This document shows, in pieces, positions 20,552 through 31,700 of a DNA stretch of 64,000 nucleotides. How positions within the stretch are numbered: the first letter of the stretch is position 1; each line of letters opens with the position of its first letter. The notes beneath the pieces are model-generated. The model was not told where the DNA came from. It was given only the letters and a program-made list of their open reading frames with translations, and made no database searches. Origin of the DNA: Diplonema japonicum (taxonomy: Eukaryota; Protista; Euglenozoa: Diplonemea); assembly GCA_964019335.1 (NCBI GenBank), contig OZ025654.1, forward strand, positions 62,001-126,000. The letters are read 5' to 3'. Both the position numbers and the translations under genes were made by a program.

Positions 20552-22636
20552 CTATAACATTGACTGGCATGCTTCGGGAGAAACTATTTGTATTTCGTCC
20601 CCTACGGCGCTAACAGAGAGACCGAATTTGTATTCGGCCGCATTGCCGCAAGAGGAGAGATGAAAACTACCCCCGATGGACGTGTCGTTTCGAAGGAAAG
20701 CGATCTTTCCAGCGCTGACGGATAAGGTCGCGGTGTCGCCCTCTTGCAAAGGGGGGCATGATGTGATGGTGGTGTTGTCCGAGATGATGGAGCACTCGTT
20801 TTCGGTGCTGAGGAGGAAAGCCGGCTCCCGAGGCAAACGGCACCCTGCGAGCCCCCTTCCGACTGGCCCCGACTCAATGCCGAACCACAGCTTCCCTTTC
20901 GCCGATTGTTTGATTATTTTAAACACGCACGCAGAATCTCCTTCTATCGTTTCCTCAGTGTACACGACACAGGCTTGGTCGGAAACACAAGTCACAGTTT
21001 TCTTGTCGCTGGTCACCGCCATGCTGGGCAGCAGGCCCGTGAAGTGGAAGCCCTGTTCTGGTTGATACTTATTGTTAGGCAGGTAGTACTTTTGCATGGC
21101 AGCCATGCGTTTCTCACTTGACTTCTTTCGGATCTGCGATGCTTCGGTTTCAGGAGTGACCTTCGAGTCATAAGCAGCCATCACATCACAGAAAGGAGCA
21201 CCTCTGTACTTGAAGATTGCGTTTGGTCCCCACTTTACATCAAGCCAGCCGTCGGGATTCACTGTCAGGACTGTGCCTTTCTTGTACTCCCCTGTGTCTT
21301 GGTCTCCGTGTCTCCATGTAGGCCCTCTCGTTACTAGTGCGCCTTTTGTCACACACGGCTGTAGTCCGCAGCAGAATAAGCATATATCGTAATCGTGCTC
21401 CTTGCATCCGAAAAGAGGTGCGCGTTTCCCCAGCTGAGATAGGCAGCAGTCACACACAAATTTCGCTGATGCTGTGAGAAACAGTTCGAGCTGGCAACCT
21501 TCGTGGCAGGTCCTTTGAACTGTCTTCGGGAAGAGGTCAAGGTCGAAGAGCATTCTGGCACCGTCAATCTCCATGCGAACCGCGTCTTTCAATAAGTGCA
21601 CTACCTTCCCCTTCTTCCCAAGGTACGGAAGCATCGCTCTGGTGAACTTTGAGCGCATTTCGCAGGCACGCTCAAGACTGTAAGGGGACGTGATTATGCT
21701 GCCTTCCGAGAGCTTCTCCGTGAATGTTAATTTCTTCCATCTGTTCCATCTGCTGTCCGTGGGGTGGACACGGGTTCGCTCAGATGTGCTGCAGCACACT
21801 GCGGTAAGAGGCGCGTCGCACACTACGAACGACTGCCCGTCGTCGTCTGTGTAGACACCCGCCCCGCCACATGCTTCTTCGTCGCTGCAGTCGTTGAGAT
21901 CTATTGGGCATGCCTTGTGTTGCGCGTCCAGCTTTTCGACCTTATTTAATATCTCGAGCTTGTTCTTTTTGAGCTTTTCTTCCAACACTTCGTGTACCGT
22001 GTGGACTTCTTTTCGAATCTCGGACGTAGGCTTGCCTTGCAGCACTCGTAGGGCTGCCAGCGTATTGCTTTTCGCTTCCCGCAGCGAGTTTCTTGTCTCC
22101 AACAGTGTTTTAACCTCAGCAGCGGTCATGATCATGGTGGCGTGGTCCTTGTGCACCCCTGCATGCGTGCACATTGTGCAGATGATTTCGTTGTGGCACG
22201 TCGGCTCCTTGCACATCAGTTCCAGCATGTAGTTGCCGTGTTTCTTGCAGTACAAGGATTTGTCGCCCTCCTGCCATCGGACCCTTTTATGCCCTGTTTG
22301 GAATTTTGTGTGTGCTTTTTTGAAGCACTTTTCTGAACAGACGTACAGGGGTGTCGCGATGCAGCTCTCACATTTCTCCCCCGCAGACGCCTTGCACACC
22401 GTGCACTTAGGGAGCACCTCCAGGTCGTACCGGCTCTCCATCATGTCGATAAGGGAGTAGTTCTTCTTATACCCTTCAGACGCAACGTTGCATAAAGGGC
22501 ATGTTAAAGTGCTTTTCTGCAGCTCAGTGCAACAAGCGAAGCACAAGCTGTGCCCGCAGCCCAGTACCTGCGGTGCGCTTGCTCCCTCCTGCTTGAAGTG
22601 CTCAAAGCACACCGGACATTCGTGCCCCGGATGCAT
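20552..22636 (-). CDS. TRIM-like E3 ubiquitin ligase: RING, B-boxes, coiled coil, Mib-repeat-like, ZZ-like zinc finger, MIB/HERC2, SPRY-like
   Basis: RING CPVC..CGHSLCFAC..CPLC; B-box CKKH..C..C..CTMC..H..H; ZZ-like FVCDCC..GCKEHDYDICLFC; MIB/HERC2 VTRGPTWRHGDQD..GTV..WLDVKW; beta-rich C-terminus. Confidence 0.8.
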   Translation of the reverse strand: MHPGHECPVCFEHFKQEGASAPQVLGCGHSLCFACCTELQKSTLTCPLCNVASEGYKKNYSLIDMMESRYDLEVLPKCTVCKASAGEKCESCIATPLYVCSEKCFKKAHTKFQTGHKRVRWQEGDKSLYCKKHGNYMLELMCKEPTCHNEIICTMCTHAGVHKDHATMIMTAAEVKTLLETRNSLREAKSNTLAALRVLQGKPTSEIRKEVHTVHEVLEEKLKKNKLEILNKVEKLDAQHKACPIDLNDCSDEEACGGAGVYTDDDGQSFVVCDAPLTAVCCSTSERTRVHPTDSRWNRWKKLTFTEKLSEGSIITSPYSLERACEMRSKFTRAMLPYLGKKGKVVHLLKDAVRMEIDGARMLFDLDLFPKTVQRTCHEGCQLELFLTASAKFVCDCCLSQLGKRAPLFGCKEHDYDICLFCCGLQPCVTKGALVTRGPTWRHGDQDTGEYKKGTVLTVNPDGWLDVKWGPNAIFKYRGAPFCDVMAAYDSKVTPETEASQIRKKSSEKRMAAMQKYYLPNNKYQPEQGFHFTGLLPSMAVTSDKKTVTCVSDQACVVYTEETIEGDSACVFKIIKQSAKGKLWFGIESGPVGRGLAGCRLPREPAFLLSTENECSIISDNTTITSCPPLQEGDTATLSVSAGKIAFLRNDTSIGGSFHLSSCGNAAEYKFGLSVSAVGDEIQIVSPEACQSML

Positions 22637-22831
22637 TTGTTTTCCTTTTTTTTGTTGAAATACTGTGAACAAACACAGGGAAAAGAAAAGGGGGGGTGGG
22701 GATCATTACCCGACCAGTGAGGAGGGAATGCGACATGCAAAAAGTTAAGGAAAAAAAGAAACTCGATCTTTACGTACCTAGACCCGCCAAAAGGGGTCTA
22801 CTGCCTCCCCCCCCCAAAAAAAGCAGAAGAA

Positions 22832-23488
22832 CTACAACTTACTGAACACCACCTTATTAAACTCTTCCAGCCTGTGGTAACTCAGCTCCTGGTAGTCAGC
22901 GGTGGCTGAGTATTCAGGGTTCTCCAGGTCTCCCTTTGGGTAGTTGTATCTGCAGACCGAGACTCCCCAGACCGCCCCTGTGCCAGGGCGTCCACCGAAT
23001 GCTGCCCAAGGTACGCTAAGCTCAGCTGCCCAGGAAGTAGGCCCAACGTTGATTTTGTGCACACAGCCTGAGTTTTGGTTGACAACCTCCCAAGGGGTCT
23101 CGCCGTCGAGGAAAGGACCCCTGCTCGGGATCAGGATGTCCATCTTGTGACCGTTTGGGTTGACATGGACCTCCCAGTAGGGGAGCGTGAAGCCGCCACC
23201 GAAAGCACTCCTGTTGAAGTGGATGAAGTACTCAGCCACGTCGCCTAGCTGGTACAGTTTCTGGTCGTCACCAGTGCTGCTGGACCATGCTTCCCGATCC
23301 TCGAAGTAACTGTAGAACACAAGCCCCTCTTCGCAGTATGCCACGTAAGCGTGGCCCCCATCCTTCGGGCCGCAATTCACACCTTCCCACCTTTGCATCA
23401 GTTTCATAGGAACGCAGTTGCGAAACCTTCTGGGGTGCGCCACCCCCAGGTCCTCAGAGGCCTCGTTGCCCACCTTTGTTAGCTCCAT
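22832..23488 (-). CDS. CBM9-like / DOMON-like carbohydrate-binding protein
   Basis: GDVAEYFI, YWEVHVNPNG, WAAELSVPW and W.VSVCRY resemble CBM9-like family motifs. The ATG follows a pyrimidine tract and AG. Confidence 0.65.
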   Translation of the reverse strand: MELTKVGNEASEDLGVAHPRRFRNCVPMKLMQRWEGVNCGPKDGGHAYVAYCEEGLVFYSYFEDREAWSSSTGDDQKLYQLGDVAEYFIHFNRSAFGGGFTLPYWEVHVNPNGHKMDILIPSRGPFLDGETPWEVVNQNSGCVHKINVGPTSWAAELSVPWAAFGGRPGTGAVWGVSVCRYNYPKGDLENPEYSATADYQELSYHRLEEFNKVVFSKL

Positions 23489-23647
23489 CTTGCAGGGAAA
23501 GAAAAAAAAAACTGCTTTCCCTTTTGGAATTCTGAAAAAAAAGATATGGCGACAGGGGGGGGGGGGGGGGGTAAATAACAAAGAAAAGATTACGATCAGC
23601 AGACCACTTTCCTCCCTTCTTTTTCTCCCTTTCTTTTTTCTTCCCCC

Positions 23648-24778
23648 TTAAAAATATCGGTTGGATATCTGGATGTTCTTTCTATGCAGCACGCCGGAGT
23701 GTTCGCCCGCAGCGGAGTTCAGCGCGTTCAAGACCCTGTTGGTGGTGGTGACACCGTGGCCGGAGAGCCTGTCGGACAAGAGCGCGGGTTTCTCTCGCTC
23801 GCTGACGGCCTTCCAGAGAGTGGAGATTGCCACGTGTGCAACACCAGCATTGTTGTGAAGCTTGTACTTAAAAAGCAACTCATGCGCGTCTTCCGCCTGC
23901 TTAATGTAATGGTACTTCGACGTCTTAGCATGAAGGGCACCGCACGCCTTGATACAGTGCGTAACGGAATCTACGGTAAGAGCCTTGGGTAGCGATGCTT
24001 CGAAGAGCTCTACTGCCTGCTCATTCAGATCGTTGATGGAATACGCCCTCATCATCTCCGCAACAATGTACTTGTTAGCAAGCCGGGAAGGGTGCGACAG
24101 CATGAAATCCTCGAGCTTCTCCACCAACCCGTGGCTGCTGTAGATCCGTATCGCCCTGACCGTGCTTCGTGTTGTCGGCTCGAAGCCGAGCTTGTCCAGT
24201 ATCGCAAGGCCCCTCTCAAGACCCTGTAAGGTGCAAGATGAAGCCACCAGACAATCTGCAACACTCGTCTGGTTTTGATGATCTTCAGGCAATCGGGTGT
24301 AGACGTGATGACACAGCCCTTCATCACGTGTTTTAGCCGCGATGCTCAGTACTATTGAATACTGTTCCACTGTAATGTCCGATTTACTCTCTTCTGTCAG
24401 GGCCAACAGTTGCCGCACGCAGAATGCTGTTTCACGGGGTTTCCTCGCGCTCATTGTTTCCCAGTACCTCAAGATGTCCGTGCGGAGGTCCTGTCCCGGC
24501 ACGATCCCGTCGGCGTGCATCATGTTGAAGACCTCGTGGTACTTTTCAATGACCTCTTGGGAGCGTATGGCGGCAAGGAGCTTCAGTGCGGTTTTGTACG
24601 TAGCCGCGCCTACGGTGCCCCCGCCGCCTTTCAGCCTTGCCACCCTTTGGTGGATCTCGTCAGCGCTTCCCTTTTTGCTTAGGACTTCTTGCTCACACTG
24701 TTTGTCTGTCCAGCCGACGAATGGCATGCTTGCGGACTGCGTGCACCATCTTCGCGCAATGGGTGCCAGTCTTTTCAT
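23648..24778 (-). CDS. Probable mitochondrial PPR-like helical repeat protein
   Basis: Arg-rich presequence MKRLAPIARRWC; degenerate PPR-like units (TYKTALK..FNMMHADGIVP; YSIVLSIAAK; MMRAYS....EQAVELF). Confidence 0.55.
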   Translation of the reverse strand: MKRLAPIARRWCTQSASMPFVGWTDKQCEQEVLSKKGSADEIHQRVARLKGGGGTVGAATYKTALKLLAAIRSQEVIEKYHEVFNMMHADGIVPGQDLRTDILRYWETMSARKPRETAFCVRQLLALTEESKSDITVEQYSIVLSIAAKTRDEGLCHHVYTRLPEDHQNQTSVADCLVASSCTLQGLERGLAILDKLGFEPTTRSTVRAIRIYSSHGLVEKLEDFMLSHPSRLANKYIVAEMMRAYSINDLNEQAVELFEASLPKALTVDSVTHCIKACGALHAKTSKYHYIKQAEDAHELLFKYKLHNNAGVAHVAISTLWKAVSEREKPALLSDRLSGHGVTTTNRVLNALNSAAGEHSGVLHRKNIQISNRYF

Positions 24779-24963
24779 GATTTCTTACGGAGGGGTCTAC
24801 ACTTCCCCCCACCACTCTCGCCCTGTAAAAAATGGGGAATAAAAACAACAACAAAAAACGGGGGAAAAGTTCTTTTTTATTAATATTCACCCCCCCCCCC
24901 AAAAAAAAAGTTTTGTTTGTTTGTTAAAATTAACCTGCAATTTTTCCGCCGGGCCACCTTTTC

Positions 24964-26181
24964 TCACAGCACAGCAACGGCGTTCAGCATTATTGTAAGC
25001 CAGTTCCCGTTCAGGTGGTCGGCGCAGCCTGATGGCTTCATCTTGCCCTCCTTTGGTTTGATCGCTTCGGGGTACTTGGGGCGCCATATGCACATGTAGT
25101 GGATACCATCTGGGGTTTTATCGAACTTTCTAACGTCGGCAAAGGCAGAATAGTCGAGCACCCTTATGTTCGGGTGTGGGGGGCTTTGGAGGTGCTTCGT
25201 CACGTAAGAGTTGCGAGGCACCCTGCGAGAAGCATCCACACCGCCAAAGGTCCCCTCCGCAGTCCAAGGTGTGGTCAAGTAGAAAAGTTTATATGAGGGC
25301 CACTCCATCGCGAGATCCCTGGCCTTTTGGATGAATTTGTCAACCTGATTGAAAGGATCCTTCGCCTTCCACCAATACATATGCGAAGCAAAATGAATGT
25401 CGGGTTTTAATGTAACGAAAGTGGTGCGAAGCTTGCTCGGAAACGGATCCCATACGTAATACATCTCGAAGGTTGGGGTAGAGTCGCCTTTCAGAAGGTT
25501 CTCCTTAGGCTTTCCGTCTGTTACGGTCAACGCATCGCTTTCACCGTTGCAAGCATAGTACGAGTCTTTGTGATAATAATGTTCGATGAAGATTTCTTCG
25601 CCGCGGAGGAGGCCGATGAGGCGGATGTAAAGCTGGCGCATGATGGAGTCGCCGGAGAAGAGCACCGTCTTGCCTTTGAAAAGCTTCAGGATAAAATCCC
25701 TGTCGATTGTTGTGAACGCGCACCCTGGTAAGGTGAAGCTTGTTCCGTTAGCGTCCCACCGCCCCGTGGCGAGGTTTGTTAATATTTCTTCCCCCGTGCA
25801 GGCCCTCGCCGGTCTGCTTGCGGGTTTTTTTCGCCTCACCTTCGTGTACAACCCTGTGCCCCACTGCGCGCATTTCTTCTTCTCTCCGGTGTTGCAAAAA
25901 TGTTTCAAAAAACAGTCGCTTCCCCCTTCCCTGTACTCCGGTACGTAGCTTCCCTTTGAGAAGCACTTCTCTCCTGTGAAGTGGTACTCCCACGCAGACG
26001 CGTCGGTTGGGCTTTCCGTTTGCGAAGGTGTCGGGGTTGAGGCAGTTTGTTGCGAACCAGAAGCGAGGGGGGGTTGCGCCGCCTTCCCTTTAACGCTGTT
26101 CAGAAATACAACAGGCAACATCACCCCGAAGCACACTAGAGACGCGGGCGCCCATCTGACTATTCTCACGAAAGACGGCAT
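24964..26181 (-). CDS. Membrane-anchored SGNH/PC-esterase-family (GDS..DxxH) acyltransferase or esterase
   Basis: N-terminal TM and Ser/Thr/Pro stalk; motifs VLFSGDSIMRQLY and TPDGIHY. Confidence 0.72.
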   Translation of the reverse strand: MPSFVRIVRWAPASLVCFGVMLPVVFLNSVKGKAAQPPLASGSQQTASTPTPSQTESPTDASAWEYHFTGEKCFSKGSYVPEYREGGSDCFLKHFCNTGEKKKCAQWGTGLYTKVRRKKPASRPARACTGEEILTNLATGRWDANGTSFTLPGCAFTTIDRDFILKLFKGKTVLFSGDSIMRQLYIRLIGLLRGEEIFIEHYYHKDSYYACNGESDALTVTDGKPKENLLKGDSTPTFEMYYVWDPFPSKLRTTFVTLKPDIHFASHMYWWKAKDPFNQVDKFIQKARDLAMEWPSYKLFYLTTPWTAEGTFGGVDASRRVPRNSYVTKHLQSPPHPNIRVLDYSAFADVRKFDKTPDGIHYMCIWRPKYPEAIKPKEGKMKPSGCADHLNGNWLTIMLNAVAVL

Positions 26182-26523
26182 GTCATGTGAAAACAAACCT
26201 TTTTTGTTTTGTTTCGTATGTAGTAAAACACGTAAGAAGTGGCGGCACACTTCGCAAATACCATGCTCATGCTCATGCTCATGGACCACAATCCTCGCTT
26301 ATCTTAGGTGCCGGGACCGTGTAAAGGAGCCTAGTATAGAACACGGGAGGCGTACCTTAGGAACGATAAATCCCTTCTGGGTCCTCGCAATCCGCATGTT
26401 GGAGATCACGGACGAAGAAAGGAGGGGCTTAAAGGATGTGAAACACCGTGGAGCGTTAAAAAACGATGCGAAACGCGAAAAGGTCGTATTTTTCCGAAGG
26501 CTAAAAAAAAAAAAAACTAAAAA

Positions 26524-27693
26524 CTATTTTTTCGATAGAGTTCTCCTCGGGCTGACAACACACTGTGCAACCTTGTTCTGCTTCGAAGCCGATGGGGCAC
26601 GTGAAGGGGAGGAGCACTGGATACGAGAAAGCCACGAAACCCTTGCTTTAGTGTGAACAACCAGCTGCTTGTCGGTTGTGGGAGGAGGGGACGCGGGGGG
26701 CGAGGGGGCACACGGCACCACCACCCGCGCCTTCTTGAGATCTTGAATCTCCGTGATCAGCAGCGCCTCACTGTCCTGGTTCCGCTGCGACAGTGCGAGG
26801 AGGTGCTTGTAGTTGGCGGTGGCTTGGCTTTGCAGCTGTTTCTTAAGCTTCTCCTTCGCGGCCTCGCCCTCCTCCACGTCCCTCCTTAACTCTGCCACTC
26901 CACGCTCCAGCTCTTGAATCTTCAAACTATCCAACAGAAAGCTTGCAGCAGTGGTCATACCTTGTTCTCCGGTCACCGCCCCGAGACCCTTCAGGTATTC
27001 CTTGATGTGGTCCGCACGCATCCACTCAATTGTGGATGGTTTCTTCTGTTTCCATTGTTGCCTGCATTTGTACAGGCTGTTCATCAGCCAGGTGGTGTGC
27101 AGCGTGAGGATCTCCTGTTGCTTTTTGAGTTCTGTTGTCTTCACAGATTCCTGAAGTGCCGTTTTGTTCAGTTTTGAAATCTCCGAGTTAAGTGCGCGGA
27201 TCTCATCTATAAACCCTTGCCGCTCTGCGTGCAGCCGTCTTTCCGTCTGTTTCAGCGATGTGTGGTGGTCTTCCGATATTTCTTGCAGTTGTTTTGTGTG
27301 AGTGTCATGGAGGTTGAAGAGGATACTGTCTATGTCAGTGTCGGGGGGGGATGGTTCTAGGTTTTTCTTCTGTCTGTTTCTCACAGATGCCACAACGGTG
27401 GTGCAGAAGCCTTCTACATTTTGCTTCAGGCGGGTTTCCCCCGAGATTCTCCACTCTTTTACCGCATCGTCCACTCTTTCTTGCAGCCTTGCCGTCAGAT
27501 CCTCTTTAACGTTTCGCTTTACCTGCATGCCCACCGTCTTTCCCATTTCGTCTGCAATGTCGATCAAACACGTGTTTTCCACTGAGCTGCACATTGCATC
27601 CATCGCACCTTGGATATGGTTCCTGAATACTGCTTCTACTGTGTTTCGGATATTTTCTTTTGCTTCTTCGATCTCAGTGAAGAGAGAAGGCAT
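26524..27693 (-). CDS. Coiled-coil protein of unknown function
   Basis: 389 aa ORF with heptad-rich E/K/L/Q composition and a Pro-rich C-terminus. Confidence 0.75.
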   Translation of the reverse strand: MPSLFTEIEEAKENIRNTVEAVFRNHIQGAMDAMCSSVENTCLIDIADEMGKTVGMQVKRNVKEDLTARLQERVDDAVKEWRISGETRLKQNVEGFCTTVVASVRNRQKKNLEPSPPDTDIDSILFNLHDTHTKQLQEISEDHHTSLKQTERRLHAERQGFIDEIRALNSEISKLNKTALQESVKTTELKKQQEILTLHTTWLMNSLYKCRQQWKQKKPSTIEWMRADHIKEYLKGLGAVTGEQGMTTAASFLLDSLKIQELERGVAELRRDVEEGEAAKEKLKKQLQSQATANYKHLLALSQRNQDSEALLITEIQDLKKARVVVPCAPSPPASPPPTTDKQLVVHTKARVSWLSRIQCSSPSRAPSASKQNKVAQCVVSPRRTLSKK

Positions 27694-28606
27694 GTTTTAC
27701 CCGCGATATTCTTTTGTTGTTCCTTTCCCCCCCCTTTTTTTCTTTTTAATGGTAAGATAACAGGAAAATGTGTCTTTTTTAAAAAAAATAAAAGATTTTG
27801 GAAAAAGAAGAAAAAAAAAATAAAAAAATGGGATGGAATGGGGAAGGGGGGGGGGAAGGACCAAATAAGAAAATATGAAATAATGAAGGGGAAATATGCG
27901 AAAAATGTGAAAGTGGAAAAAATAAGAAGGAACATGTTGTTTGGAAAAAAAAAAAAAAAAAAAAAAATACAGGGGGAGGAAGAAAAAGAAGAAGGGGAAA
28001 ACACCCCTCTAATTTCTCTTCAATTTTCCCTCTCTTTCTTTTTCTTTTCTTTTTTTTCAATTTTCCTTCCACCACTTATGTTCGCAACCGAGCTAGTGGG
28101 TGGGCGTAAAAAATGGAGTAAGAAGGGGTGCGCCTATCTTTTTTCTTTTTCCCCCCATTTCTTTTTTTTCGTTCTTCCTATTTTTTTTCCCCCCCTTTTT
28201 TTTTCCGTTCGGGATTTAAACCGCTCAGCCTCAGAACCTAAGAAAATGGGCGCTGTAACCCCCAAAATTGCTGGTGAGGAAAAAAAAAATCTTTTTTTTC
28301 TTCTTTTTTTTCTTCCTTTATCTTTGTTCTTTTCCCCCTCTCTTTTGGCCCCCACAAATAAAGCCAAAAAACGGGGGGGGAAAGGCAAGAAGAAGAAAAA
28401 AAAGAAAGAAAAAAGGAGAACATAAATAAAAATAGGAATGAAAAGGATGAACAGGGGGGGGGGGGGAAGAAATAAGAAGAAAAGCGAAAAACATATCATT
28501 CAGCATTCGAAGGCTTTCTCAAGGTAGAGATGGGGAGGTAAAAGAAATAAAGTAAAAAAATAAAATAAAATAAAAAAACATGAAAAATGAAAACAAAAAG
28601 GTGGAT

Positions 28607-28741
28607 ATGAGCTCGTAAGGAAAAAGAAATGTCAAGCTTAAACATCAAAAAGGCGCTAGAATAGCAATTGAAACCATTTTGCTCAAAAGAAATCAAAAAA
28701 AGAAAATCTTTTTTTTGACATTTAAATCCGGACGAGATCAT
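28607..28741. mobile_element. Short degenerate TIR element, family C
   Basis: ATGAGCTCGT..AAATGTCAA at left and TTGACATTT..TCCGGACGAGATCAT at right; same TIR as 54429-55229. Confidence 0.5.
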
Positions 28742-31700
28742 ATATATAAAAACAAAAAGAAAAAAAAACAAAAAAAACACACACAAGAGCCCTATATTTT
28801 TTTTTTTTAAACAAAAAATCTTTTTTTTCTCGATGGGAGAACTCACAGCATAATAAAATGTGCTATTAAAAAAATACCCCCTCCCCCCCCCCCAACAACA
28901 ACCCCCTTTTTTCCCCCTGTTGTTTTCTTCCTTCCATCTACTACAAGAACAGGGAGGGTTTGTTTCTTTTTTTTTTCTTACTGCTTCCTCAGGGAATATA
29001 ACTCGGTGCCCCGAAGTCAAAAGGATAAAGCCAAAGGATTACATGCAATAGAAAAGAAAAAGGGGGGTGGGGAAGAGAAATAAAAATGCTTGTCTTTGAA
29101 CTTTCTTTTTTTTTTTTTTGAAGGGTCTCTTTTTCTTCTTCTTTTTTTTTTTTTTTTTTTTTTTTTTGCAAACTTTGCGTTTCGATGTTGGTAAGGGAAC
29201 CAAAAGGATAATGCGAGGGGGGAAAACAAAACACATAATTGGCACGTTGTGAAGGAGGTGTTTTTTCTTTTTTTTCTTTTCTTTCTTTTTTAAGTCCCCC
29301 CCTTTCTGTTTCTGGTTTATTTTCGGTCGAGAATGAAATGTGCAGCTTCAGATTTCTCTTTCTTTGCTATGAACATAGCTTTCGCCATGGATAACTGATC
29401 AGAAAGGGCAACCTAGACAAGACTACTGCAGGCTTTCTTTGGGGGGAAATGATAGAAAATTGGCCAATGGGTGAAAACTAGGGGGGAGGAGACAGAAAAG
29501 AGAGAAAAAGAAAAGGAGGTGAGAAAAAAAGTAAACAGAGAGAGGAGAAAAAAAAAAAAAAAGAGAAGAAGGGGGGTAAAAAAAAAAAGGGAATTAAAAG
29601 ATATATTAAAAAAGAAAAAGAAGAAGACTGAACCTTTTTCTTTACCCCGGTCCCTCTCCCAATCTTTTTAATTTGAGAAAAGTGTTTTCCTGTTCAGAAA
29701 CGGGAGAAGGGGGGGGTACAAAAGGCGTGAAATGGGAGGGAGGGACAGAAAAATAAAGAAAGGAAAACTACGAAAGAATTCGAAGCCTGGGGGAGCCTAG
29801 GGCTCCTCCCCCCAGACGTGCGGCTGTCTTTTCTTTTTTTTTTTTTCCCCTCGTTTTTGCAAAGCTAAGAAAGGGGGTATGGTATTTGGCTTTTCAATTT
29901 GCCGATTGGATAACAAGCTTTTTTTTTTAAAAAAAAAAGAATACATAAATTTTTAATAATAAATAATTCTTACAAGAATACCAACCTTTCTCTCCCTCTC
30001 TTTTTGCATTGCAGGGGTTCCGCATGGGATTTCTGTTTTCGGACAGTAGTGGTAAGCCATTTTTTTTTTTTTTTTTTTTTTTTTTACGCCCTTTACTTTT
30101 CCCCTTGACGAAAAAGAAAATTGTTTTCCCCCCCCACTTCTTCATTTTTGGTGTCCACCCTCTGGGGAAAGAAAATGAGAAAAACAACTATCCCCGGGAG
30201 TACGAAAATAAAATAAAATAAAATAAAAATGAGGAAATTTTTTCTTTTTTCTTTTTCTTTCTTCTCTTTTAAAAAAGATTCTGCCAGATTCTGAACTATT
30301 TTTCATCTTCTTCTTTTAAATGTTTTAAACCCAAAACTGTAAGAAGGGAGAAAAAAAAAGGAAAAAAAAAACTTGCCTCGTTTTGACCTGCAGTGTGGTT
30401 ACAATCTCGTTGAAGGTCAAATAAGGTATTTTTGTTACGGAAATAAAAAAGAGAAAAAAACGGGGGGGGAGAAAAAAAAAGAAATTAAGAGAAAAGAGAG
30501 CATTAAGCAGTAAAGTAAGCATGTCTATTTTAAGTGGCAAAAAAAGCAAAATATTATTTTCCCTTTCGTTGATTTCTTTTTTTTTCTCTTTTTTCTTATT
30601 CTTTTTTTTCTTCTGGGCTTCATAGATACAGTAGTCAACAGGGTCGATGGGAAATAAACCCCGAAGTTTCTCGCAGAATCTGTGCCCAATGGTAACTCCA
30701 GGCGAAGGGTGATAGTAGGACTTATTTTTTACTAAGTAAAGTTGCAAACAGATTTCTAATCGGCTCACACTTTAGCGGCAGCAGAATAATTTCTACTCAA
30801 AAAAAAATTATGGGGGAGGGGAGTGAGGGAGAGGGGAAAAGTTTAACATCAAAAAAGTATGCTGGCTTCCTTGCATTCTTCATTGCTTTGCCAGCAACAG
30901 ATTCGATGTTTGCGCTCCATGTTGTTATTTTTTTTTTCTTCCGGAGAGGTATTTTTCTTTTTTTTTGAAAAAAGTGTCTTGATTTAAATAGAAAGTCAAA
31001 AGGGGCCATAGCTGAAACAGACCCTCGCTTTTTTTTTTTTTTGAACAAGTACTATCGGGGGGGGGGGGGGGGGGGATGGGGGGGTATTTTATTCTTGAGA
31101 CAAAAAAAACTGCTATTTTCTTTTTTTCTCTCTTTTTTTTTAAATACCTTCTTGAACGCTATATCCGATAAAAGACCAGATACTCTGAGGGGGGAGGGAG
31201 GGAGGGGGGGGGGGGGGGGGGGGGTTAACTCGCTCGTAATATGCATCCACCACAAATCCCTAAAGCCGTTGAATAGTACTTTAAAAAAAAGTGTCTCGAG
31301 TTCCTCTCCTTGGAGGAGGGGTGGTCGGTGACCAAAAGAATTTATATTTTCTTTTCAAAACAATGATCGCAATAAACTCGTTAATTATTGAACGCTCGGT
31401 TTTTTCCCTTACCGACTCGGTTTTTTTCCTTCTTCTTTTTCTTCTGAAAATTGATTTTTTTTCTTTTTTTTTTGGGCTTTAGAGACATGGGGCGTGAAAT
31501 AGCTCCCCTTTCGTTAAGAAAATAGGACAGGGGGGAATAAAAAGAAAAAAAATACAGAGCTCTGATTTAAATTGGATAAAAAAATATAATTTTCTTTTTG
31601 TCAAAGGGAGCGGGAGGGGAATAAAAAAAAAATAAAAACTAAAAAAAAAAAAAAGGTGAGAAACAAGTCAAGGAGAGGAAGAGAAGGTTAAGTGGGAGGG

